Shown here: positions 25,030 to 32,000 of the stretch, piece by piece
Layout of the letters: each line of letters starts with the position of its first letter
Position numbering within the stretch: the stretch's first letter is position 1
Assembly (NCBI GenBank): GCA_000091165.1
Contig: FP565575.1
Location: 1,170,001 to 1,202,000 of the forward strand
Reading direction: 5' to 3'
Length of the DNA stretch: 32,000 nt
DNA from: Candidatus Methylomirabilis oxygeniifera
GTDB lineage: Bacteria > Methylomirabilota > Methylomirabilia > Methylomirabilales > Methylomirabilaceae
Notes under the pieces: generated by a model
What the model was told of the DNA's origin: nothing
Databases searched by the model: none
What the model saw: the letters and a program-made list of their open reading frames with translations, nothing else
Position numbers and translations under genes: made by a program

Positions 25030-26167
25030 ACGCCTGGTAATTGCGTGTCATCTCCTCAAGGCTGTCGCCACCGAACTTTTCACGAAATGCCCGCGCAATC
25101 TCAAACGCCACAACAGCCTCCCCAACTACCCCGGCGGCGGGGACCGCACAGATATCCGATCGCTCGACGCTCGCCTGAAACGGCTCTTTCGTACGAAGAT
25201 CCACTGAGGCCATTGGCGCGTACTGTGTGGCAATCGGCTTCATTGCGCCCCGAACGACAATCGGTTCGCCGTTCGACATTCCCCCCTCCAACCCACCGGC
25301 CCGGTTGGTCCTCCGCATGAAGCAGCCGTCCTCGTAGAAGATCTCATCATGTGTTTCATACCCGAAGCGCCGGGCGCCCTCAAACCCCAGACCAATCTCC
25401 ACCCCCTTGATCGCCTGAATGCTCATCACCGCCTGGGCAAGCCGACCGTCGAGTTTATCGTCCCATTGCACATAACTACCGAGCCCAACCGGCGGATTGA
25501 GCGCGACTACCTCGAAGACGCCCCCGAGGCTGGTGCCCCTGCTCTTTGCCTCGTCGATCTTCCGCATCATCGCATCACCCGCATGCTGATCCGCGCATCG
25601 CACCGGGGAGAGTTCTGCGCGCTCTCGAATCTCCGCAAACGAGAGGCCATCGGTCTTGGCTTCGATCCCGCCGATCGCCAAGACATGACTGAATACCTCA
25701 ACGCCGAACTGCAGCAGTAACCGCTTGCAGACGGCCCCGACAGCCATACGTGCGGCCGTTTCTCTGGCGCTGGCTCGTTCAAGTACATTGCGGATATCCT
25801 GATGCCCGTACTTGAGCGCTCCGGCTAAATCCGCGTGTCCCGGTCTTGGTCGGGTGACGGGTTCTTTTGGATCGGTCTCCCTCCCGGCCGGCGTCGGATC
25901 CATCGTGAGCTTCCAGTTATCCCAATCACGGTTCGCGATCAGGATGGCAATCGGGCTACCCAAGGTCAGACCGTGACGAACGCCGCCCACAATGTTGGCC
26001 TCGTCCTTTTCGATGCGCATCCTACCGCCGCGTCCATACCCCTGCTGCCTTCTCACCAGCTCGCACGTGATCTCCCCGGCCGCGATCGGAAGATTGGCCG
26101 GGATACCCTCCAGGATCGTTGTCAGCATAGGACCGTGGGTTTCGCCGGCAGTCAGGTAACGCAACAT
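25004..26167 (-). CDS. aroC: Chorismate synthase
   Basis: Start placed at MLRYLTAGETHGPMLTTILEGIPANLPI. Contains GRGGRMRIEKDEANIVGGVRHGLTLGSPIAI, RPRPGHADLAGALKYGHQDIRNVLERASARETAARMAVGAV and RRTNRAGGLEGGMSNGEPIVVRGAMKPI. The extra 61 aa in the track ORF overlap the upstream gene. Confidence 0.97.
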   Translation of the reverse strand: MLRYLTAGETHGPMLTTILEGIPANLPIAAGEITCELVRRQQGYGRGGRMRIEKDEANIVGGVRHGLTLGSPIAILIANRDWDNWKLTMDPTPAGRETDPKEPVTRPRPGHADLAGALKYGHQDIRNVLERASARETAARMAVGAVCKRLLLQFGVEVFSHVLAIGGIEAKTDGLSFAEIRERAELSPVRCADQHAGDAMMRKIDEAKSRGTSLGGVFEVVALNPPVGLGSYVQWDDKLDGRLAQAVMSIQAIKGVEIGLGFEGARRFGYETHDEIFYEDGCFMRRTNRAGGLEGGMSNGEPIVVRGAMKPIATQYAPMASVDLRTKEPFQASVERSDICAVPAAGVVGEAVVAFEIARAFREKFGGDSLEEMTRNYQAYVAAIRDR

Positions 26168-26171
26168 ATGA

Positions 26172-26981
26172 TCACTCCGCGATCGTGCTCGCCTGTCCCT
26201 CCGGCGGCTGGATCCCTGAACGCTGCAGCAGATACTCGATACAGTTTCGTGCGAAACGTTCCCGATCCTTCCAGATATCCTTATCCAGAGGTGAAGCCAT
26301 ATCCAGCGCGATTGCCAGGATTGTCCCTCGGCCTTGGCTTCTTTCCGCAATGAGCGGCATCAGGCGATGTCCACCTCCTGCAATTTCGCGACCACCAGGA
26401 TCTCCTCCTCCCGCAAACGCCGCCTTGGATCCCTTACGATACTGCGCGATCTCCACCGCACCGCTGTGTAGTTGAAGCTCATTAAAGTATCCCATCGGTG
26501 GAAACGTCACCCCTTGAAGAATCTGGTGGTTCGGCTGGAGAAGGATCGTTGGGCCATATGGGTTGTAACCGAAGTCGTCCCTCTGTGGCTTTAGCGGCAA
26601 AAGGTCGCCCAACGCGGTACCGGCGTACCCTCCGCTCCCATAAGACCGCTTTCCGCCGGTCACCAGTACAGCGCCTCCGAGCGCCAGATAGTCTGTAAGT
26701 CCATCACGGACAGCCTCCGGCAGGCTGTCATAGCTCACGTTTGAGAGGATGACCAGTGAAAACGCAGTCAGCGGAGATTCTCCGAGTTCGTGTTTAACGA
26801 CCGCGCCCGTCCCCGATTCTACCTCTGACCAGGTGAGATAGGAATCATCGCCCAGTGAAAGGATCATTGGTCCGCTTTCGGCTGCGAGGTCGCGCGGCCC
26901 AGGAAGCCCCCAGATCAGGAGCGCAGCAACTCCGATCACAAGCAGCCAACTGACCGAAGAGAAATATTTCAACAGCTTACG
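26172..26981 (-). CDS. Membrane-anchored protein with glutamine-amidotransferase-like (class I GATase-fold) domain, function unknown
   Basis: Start at MRKLLKYFSSVSWLLVIGVAALLIWG, a TM/signal segment. Contains FSLVILSNVSYDSLPEAVRDGLTDYLALGGAVLVTGGKRSYGSGGYAGTALGDLLPL. Confidence 0.6.
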   Translation of the reverse strand, partial: RKLLKYFSSVSWLLVIGVAALLIWGLPGPRDLAAESGPMILSLGDDSYLTWSEVESGTGAVVKHELGESPLTAFSLVILSNVSYDSLPEAVRDGLTDYLALGGAVLVTGGKRSYGSGGYAGTALGDLLPLKPQRDDFGYNPYGPTILLQPNHQILQGVTFPPMGYFNELQLHSGAVEIAQYRKGSKAAFAGGGDPGGREIAGGGHRLMPLIAERSQGRGTILAIALDMASPLDKDIWKDRERFARNCIEYLLQRSGIQPPEGQASTIAE

Positions 26982-27086
26982 CATGAGGGGTCCTTTACAG
27001 GCCGGATTGTACTCCAACTAGTAGCACGATAAAAAGGAAAATCCAGTCGACAAGCAGGTTGGGGAGAAGATATAAGTGGGCAGTAC

Positions 27087-27953
27087 TCACTGAGCCGACG
27101 ACTCAGCACTAGTCTTGATTTTTCGATAGCATAGCCGAACGCCCGAGTCGGCATCCTTGATCCGCTCCAACTCCTTGAGTAACCTCACTGGAACCGACTG
27201 ATCGATCGCGGTGCTCTCGCCATGCGCGAGAACGTTCGGCAACGGGGCATGAACAACCGGATCCTCGATCTGAAACTTGCCTCGGCGTCTTCCTTTTGCC
27301 GTCACTTCAACGTCGATCCACGGCTTCCATGGAGTCTTGGAGAGATTTGTGACGACTCCGATCAGATGGCCATCTATCATCTGGACTTCAGCCACGGAGA
27401 ATTCAAGCGGCTCTCCAGGACACAGCCCCTCGCCGGAACGGCCCTTTGCTAGACGTTCGGGCGCAATCTCGATGATACCCCGTCGATCCAACTTAGCCAG
27501 ATCGTCTCGTTTCAATCCGTAGACGTCGACTCCCCGCTCCTCAACAACCTTGGCATTCACAAAGCTGTCGTCACGATTAGTGATCAGATAATCCTCCAAC
27601 GGCATGGTCGTACTCGACGGATGCAGCGCGGGGAGGCTTTTTACTCCGAAGATAGCGTAGACATCGTTAAGGCTCACCTCTCCGACATTCCCGTTGATTG
27701 TACTCCAAAAGATACGGCCCTTCGGTGTTCCCCGCGTACAGTCCTTGGCAATGTCTGAGTTACGTTCGTCGACTCCAATCGGCTGTTCGCCGGTCTCCGG
27801 ACTATTTCCGCCACCCTGGCTGTTAGAAAGGGTGCAATCATCCGCGACAATGAAATGTCCGCCTTTGAGGTAGATCAGGTATTCGGCATTCGCGGCGGAA
27901 CACAACCCAATGATGAGCAACACAGCGAGCGTTCCGATCTGGAAGGTTTTCAT
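27087..27953 (-). CDS. Hypothetical secreted protein
   Basis: 288 aa. Signal peptide MKTFQIGTLAVLLIIGLCSAANAE, then YLIYLKGGHFIVADDCTLSN...GRIFWSTINGNVGEVSLNDVYAIFG. No family identified by eye. Confidence 0.7.
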   Translation of the reverse strand: MKTFQIGTLAVLLIIGLCSAANAEYLIYLKGGHFIVADDCTLSNSQGGGNSPETGEQPIGVDERNSDIAKDCTRGTPKGRIFWSTINGNVGEVSLNDVYAIFGVKSLPALHPSSTTMPLEDYLITNRDDSFVNAKVVEERGVDVYGLKRDDLAKLDRRGIIEIAPERLAKGRSGEGLCPGEPLEFSVAEVQMIDGHLIGVVTNLSKTPWKPWIDVEVTAKGRRRGKFQIEDPVVHAPLPNVLAHGESTAIDQSVPVRLLKELERIKDADSGVRLCYRKIKTSAESSAQ

Positions 27954-27965
27954 GGTATCGCTTCC

Positions 27966-27986
27966 TATGCCCTATACCCTACACCC
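27966..27986. repeat. Three tandem 7-mers (TATGCCC TATACCC TACACCC)
   Basis: Read directly: ctTCCTATGCCCTATACCCTACACCCTTG, in the gap between pilQ and the hypothetical gene. Confidence 0.7.
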
Positions 27987-27999
27987 TTGTTTTTCTGTG

Positions 28000-30450
28000 C
28001 TAGAGCCGAGACTCCTGGAGGACAGAGGGCGTAAGAAAAATCAGAAGCTCCACGCGCTCATCCGGTCCGATCGCGCGGCGCTTGAAAAGCCAACCGAGAA
28101 TCGGGATATCGCCAAGAACCGGTACCTGATCTGAAATAATCGTCTCGCTGGATTGAAGCAGACCGCCGATCACGACAGTGGAGCCGTTCTGAACCATGAT
28201 GTTGGTGGTGGCCTTGCGCGTGTTGATGGGGAAGACAAATCCTCCGCTAAAGTTCACCTGCTGTCCTGGGAAGGAACGCTCCGCCTCAACCTTCATCGCG
28301 ACCCGACCGTCTGGTGTGATGTGGGGCTTCACCTTCAGTTTGATAAATGCATCCTGGAACTGAACAACCGTTCTCCCTGAGGCGTCGATGGTGGTATACG
28401 GGACCTGTGTCCCCTGCTTGATCTCCGCTTCTTCATTGTCCTGAGTTGCCACCCTGGGTGACGATAGCGTTCTAATCTTTCCCTGGTTCTCTGCCACCGA
28501 AAGCTGGGCTCCCACAAGGAATCGGTTAGCAAGGCTGCCGATAGTCATGCCGATCGCAAGGTGGGGCGACGTTGCTGGGAGGTTTAGGGCGAGCGGCACT
28601 GACCCGAACGGGATCCCTCCACCGGTCGTCGTGGGAAGCCCAGAATTTGTCGGGAATTGCAATGAGTTGGTAGTTCCACCGAAAACCGTCGCCCCTGTGC
28701 CACTCCCCGATTTCGTTGGAATCCCCGTCCCTCCCCACTGGATTCCGAGGCTCTGAGAAAATTTACGTGTGGCTTCGACAATCCTTGCTTCGATCAGGAC
28801 CTGCGGAGTCGGAATATCGATCTGCTTGAGAAACGCCTCCATCCGCTCTACAGCCTCTGGGAGGTCCTTCACGATAATCCGGCTCGATCGCTCATCGACG
28901 ATCACGCTACCATCCTTTGTCTTCAGCGCGCTCAGATGAGTTTTCAGATCAAGCGCCTTCGCATAATTAAACGGCAGCAGTCTGGTGACGAATGGCTCCT
29001 TCGGCGGCGTATCGAGATCCTTAGCAAGTGTAACCATTTTCTGACACGCAGATTCCAGATCGTTGACGATCAGGCTGTTGGTCGTCTCGTCCAGGTCAAT
29101 GTGGCCCCGGCGCGTCTTGAGCCGTTCCAGATGCTTTTGCACCTCTGAAGCTTTCACGTACGCCAAGCGGATGACTCTCGTGCATGGAGGCTCTTGGGCG
29201 TAACGCCGCTCCTCTTCTTCAGTTCTCCGCCTCTCGTCCTCAACCTTCTGTCTCGTTTGCTGCACCCTTCGTTTCTCTTCCTCTATCCGCAACTCTTTGA
29301 GCGCTGTCTGCTCAATATCTTTTGCCCGCTCTTCCTTGTTCTTTTGGATCTCGTTCTTTGAACCCACATAGATCAGATTACCGTCCTGCTCGTAGCTGAG
29401 GCCCTTGGCTCGGAGGATCACATCCAGCGCCTGGCGCCACTCGATATTATTCAAACGTACTGTAACGTCGCGGTCCTTTCGATCCTTCATGCCATGCGCG
29501 ACAACGATATTCAGACCGCTCACCTCAGAGATGAGGCGCAGCAGATCATCGAGGTCGGCCCCTTTGAAATCCAACGATAACCGCTTGTTGCCGGCGGGCG
29601 GCGACGCAGGTGTCGGCAGAGTCGGTTGGTTGGCGGCAGCCGCAGGTAACGGCAACGGCGCCCCTCCTGGTATGTCGGCTGCTTCATGGTAAGGACGTTC
29701 GGCCGCTTCCGGGACAGCCGGTTTCTTCGCCGGTGGCGCCCCGGACGCGATCGGACCGCTCCGCTCCACGAGCGAGGCCGGTTGGTCGATGTCGGTTGCC
29801 GGCTTTACCACCATCGCGGGTACTGTCGGCTTGACGTCAGGCGTCTCCCTTTTCGCAAGTTCGACGGGACCGACTACAGGTGGTTCGGCAGCGCTCACTA
29901 CAGGCTTGGCGGTCAGCTCCGGTCGTGCGGGTTCTTGTGCGACCGGCGCTTGCTCAGACACCTCGGGACTGACTAGAATCTGCAAGCCGTTTCCCGTTAA
30001 CTCTACGCGGTATGGCAGCAGGTGGTTGAGATCGAACTTGAGGCGGACAACCGGGTTGGGAGTTTGCTGGAGTTGCATCGTCTCAACTCGCAAGATAGGG
30101 GAATCTGATGGTAGAATGATAGTCTGGCTGATGGCGTCTCGAGCGTGGGGGAGATCGATGATAAGGCTCGGCGGCGTGTGCGCTGCGAACGAGGCATAAT
30201 CAACCAATGCCCCATCGGCGGTCACAATAATCGACGCGCGGCCCGGTCCTTCTGCTCGGACCTGCACATCGGTAATATCGACGACTCTCGCCACAGAAGA
30301 GACCCCCGGCAAGGATGGATCACTCAAGGACTGCTGCGATGTTCTGTTCGTCGATACGCCAGAAGTGGCGCAGGATGTGAAAAATACGAAGAGAACTGCG
30401 CCGGCAAGCCGGCGCCTTCTTGAACTTGAGATGTGGTCGGGTCCGGTCAC
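28000..30450 (-). CDS. pilQ: Type IV pilus secretin PilQ
   Basis: 816 aa. AMIN-like N-terminus; NLDFKGADLDDLLRLISEVSGLNIVVAHGM; VLIEARIVEATRKFSQSLGIQWGG; C-terminal VPVLGDIPILGWLFKRRAIGPDERVELLIFLTPSVL. Confidence 0.96.
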   Translation of the reverse strand: MTGPDHISSSRRRRLAGAVLFVFFTSCATSGVSTNRTSQQSLSDPSLPGVSSVARVVDITDVQVRAEGPGRASIIVTADGALVDYASFAAHTPPSLIIDLPHARDAISQTIILPSDSPILRVETMQLQQTPNPVVRLKFDLNHLLPYRVELTGNGLQILVSPEVSEQAPVAQEPARPELTAKPVVSAAEPPVVGPVELAKRETPDVKPTVPAMVVKPATDIDQPASLVERSGPIASGAPPAKKPAVPEAAERPYHEAADIPGGAPLPLPAAAANQPTLPTPASPPAGNKRLSLDFKGADLDDLLRLISEVSGLNIVVAHGMKDRKDRDVTVRLNNIEWRQALDVILRAKGLSYEQDGNLIYVGSKNEIQKNKEERAKDIEQTALKELRIEEEKRRVQQTRQKVEDERRRTEEEERRYAQEPPCTRVIRLAYVKASEVQKHLERLKTRRGHIDLDETTNSLIVNDLESACQKMVTLAKDLDTPPKEPFVTRLLPFNYAKALDLKTHLSALKTKDGSVIVDERSSRIIVKDLPEAVERMEAFLKQIDIPTPQVLIEARIVEATRKFSQSLGIQWGGTGIPTKSGSGTGATVFGGTTNSLQFPTNSGLPTTTGGGIPFGSVPLALNLPATSPHLAIGMTIGSLANRFLVGAQLSVAENQGKIRTLSSPRVATQDNEEAEIKQGTQVPYTTIDASGRTVVQFQDAFIKLKVKPHITPDGRVAMKVEAERSFPGQQVNFSGGFVFPINTRKATTNIMVQNGSTVVIGGLLQSSETIISDQVPVLGDIPILGWLFKRRAIGPDERVELLIFLTPSVLQESRL

Positions 30451-30452
30451 TT

Positions 30453-30947
30453 TTATCTCGATACGATCGGCGGCAAATGTTTTTCTACGTAACGAGTCAG
30501 CAACTTACCCTCCGGACTCTTTGTTTGCACCTCAAACACGACGCTATCATTGGTAATCTTCACGACTTTGGCCGAATCAACTACATCGTTTTCGCGGATG
30601 ACGTACCCCATACCTGGCGGCAGATCCGACTCCACCAACGCATAGAGGGAGCGGGCTTCCCGAACAATACCCTTTAGCGTGAGATGCACTGTCGGGGGCT
30701 TTTCTGCCATCATCATCCGAGATGGTCGAAACGGATCGCGACGCCCTCTCGACTGATACATAGCAGGATCCCGCCTCTCATCCTGAAGCGCGGAAGCAAC
30801 GGGACCTGCCTGCCTGGGCAGGCTCTGTCCAGGGAGCGGGGGCGTATCTCTGCCGCAGGCTATGGCCACCACAATAATCGAGATGACCACAACGGCAACG
30901 GCTGCCTCGCGCAGGAATTTACTTTGTCGCGCTTGCCCCCTCACCAC
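30453..30947 (-). CDS. pilP: Type IV pilus assembly lipoprotein PilP
   Basis: 164 aa. N-terminal TM/lipobox-like AIACG, then RRDPFRPSRMM and LTLKGIVREARSLYALVESD. Located between pilO and pilQ. Confidence 0.85.
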   Translation of the reverse strand: MVRGQARQSKFLREAAVAVVVISIIVVAIACGRDTPPLPGQSLPRQAGPVASALQDERRDPAMYQSRGRRDPFRPSRMMMAEKPPTVHLTLKGIVREARSLYALVESDLPPGMGYVIRENDVVDSAKVVKITNDSVVFEVQTKSPEGKLLTRYVEKHLPPIVSR

Positions 30948-31539
30948 TCTTCGCCCCAGAAGCGCCTGTGTAGCTATAGGTTACCACGCTAAACTCAGCC
31001 TGGATGGTGTCTCCAGCCCTCCGCCCTTTTGTTGCCTCACGAACGGTGAGGTCAGCGACGTTGACAATCCGCTCCAACTGGCCAAATCGCTCAAAGAGAA
31101 GCCCGACGTCATGGTACGTTCCCGTTACCTTGAGTTGGATGGGAACTTCAGTGTAGAACTCCTTTGCCACAGGGGTCCCTGGCTTGAACAAGGTGACATC
31201 CAAATCCGTCTCCTGACCGAGGCCGGCAACTCGTTTCAATAACGCTGGAATCTCTTTTTCAGTCGGAAGCTGCTGGACTGTCCGCTGAAGCTGCGCCTCC
31301 AGAAGCTTGATCTCTTGTTCAAGGTGAGGCTTCCGGCCGGCGATCTGCCTGGTCTGTTCCACCTGCGCTCTCAATCGGAGCAATTCGGCTTGGGCTTCGC
31401 TCCGTGCGGCCCATTCCGCTCCGAGAACAAATTGCCAGTAGAGAATGACTGCCAGTGTACCGACGACGACACCGAGAGCGACCTTTTGCGTCAGCGGGAG
31501 ATTAGCCGTGTGAGCCGACAGGTCAAAAGAAGGCAGCAT
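30919..31539 (-). CDS. pilO: Type IV pilus assembly protein PilO
   Basis: 206 aa. N-terminal TM, coiled coil, VTGTYHDVGLLFERFGQLERIVNVADLTV. Confidence 0.9.
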   Translation of the reverse strand: MLPSFDLSAHTANLPLTQKVALGVVVGTLAVILYWQFVLGAEWAARSEAQAELLRLRAQVEQTRQIAGRKPHLEQEIKLLEAQLQRTVQQLPTEKEIPALLKRVAGLGQETDLDVTLFKPGTPVAKEFYTEVPIQLKVTGTYHDVGLLFERFGQLERIVNVADLTVREATKGRRAGDTIQAEFSVVTYSYTGASGAKSGEGASATK

Positions 31540-31554
31540 CCCTCCCCCTTCCGT

Positions 31555-32000
31555 CTACGCTGACAAGATCGCAAGGATCTCGAATCGCTCGACCGGCTTG
31601 GTTTCATACAACTCAAGCTCAGAAAAGTTCAGTTCAACACTGCTAATGATCGGCTTGAGTCGCTGAAGCGCCAGCATTAATTCGGCAACAACAACGTGTG
31701 AGGAGGCATATCCCCGAATCACCAACCGTCCGGAGACCTTACTGATTCCGGTGAGCCATCCGCCCTCAGGTAATGCCTGGCTGATGCCGTCAAGTAAACG
31801 GACCGGACTATCCTGGCCGTCGGCCAAGCGCTGCACAAGCGCAAGGCGATCCTGAAGCTGTTTCTTATCGCGACTATACTGCTCAACCAATTGGACCGTC
31901 TGTTGGTTCCTGGTGATCTCGTCGATTGTCGCGACGATATCGGCCCGAAGTTGTGTGACGTCCCGCCTCACAACCAGCCAGTACCCCCACATCCCGCCGA
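31555..32000 (-). CDS. pilN: Type IV pilus assembly protein PilN (N-terminus off window)
   Basis: VVRRDVTQLRADIVATIDEITRNQQTVQLVEQYSRDKKQLQDRLALVQRLADGQDSPVRLLDGISQALPEGGWLTGI is a PilN pattern. The track ATG at 31992 is probably internal, since the N-terminal domain is missing. Confidence 0.85.
   Translation of the reverse strand, partial: GGMWGYWLVVRRDVTQLRADIVATIDEITRNQQTVQLVEQYSRDKKQLQDRLALVQRLADGQDSPVRLLDGISQALPEGGWLTGISKVSGRLVIRGYASSHVVVAELMLALQRLKPIISSVELNFSELELYETKPVERFEILAILSA

Noticed and set aside
24395-25207. 270 aa plus-strand ORF
   Set aside because: Spans antisense of aroK and parts of aroB/aroC; Ser/Arg-rich composition typical of a shadow frame.
26168-26350. 61 aa N-terminal extension of chorismate synthase in the ORF track
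   Set aside because: AroC proteins begin near MLRYLTAGETHG. The extension overlaps the upstream GATase-like gene and has no homologous character.

Overview
This is a dense, almost entirely minus-strand window of mostly ordinary bacterial housekeeping genes. The gene content and moderately high GC would fit an NC10/Methylomirabilis-like or deltaproteobacteria-like genome, but I cannot prove this without a search. On the minus strand, in transcription order, I read: a partial pilN with pilO, pilP and pilQ; a hypothetical secreted protein; a glutamine-amidotransferase-like protein; aroC, aroK, aroB, aroQ, efp, thiE; a branched-chain amino-acid ABC transporter locus with two substrate-binding paralogs and a LivM-LivG fused ORF; a tsaC/Sua5-like gene; relA/spoT; rsmD, coaD, an aminotransferase, miaB, hpt and a radical SAM gene; a VKOR fused to an NnrS/heme-copper-like membrane domain; a second CcoN/NnrS-like membrane protein; ihfA, merR, tRNA-Pro(GGG), surE, pcm, tRNA-Pro(CGG), apt, tRNA-Arg(CCT); and a truncated membrane-anchored ORF. 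The only supported plus-strand gene is a zinc-type rpmB (L28). The most unusual coding feature is the VKOR fusion membrane protein (5208..6866) immediately followed by a CcoN-like protein that carries a threefold repeated motif. Several non-coding signals are also worth checking: an inverted 'CGTCATTGCGAG' repeat element, two loci with a period-7 GCTGA-type repeat, a heptamer TAYRCCC repeat, a perfect 16-bp palindrome in the liv locus, and good sigma70-like promoters. I see no CRISPR array, transposase, phage module, toxin-antitoxin pair or obvious biosynthetic gene cluster.
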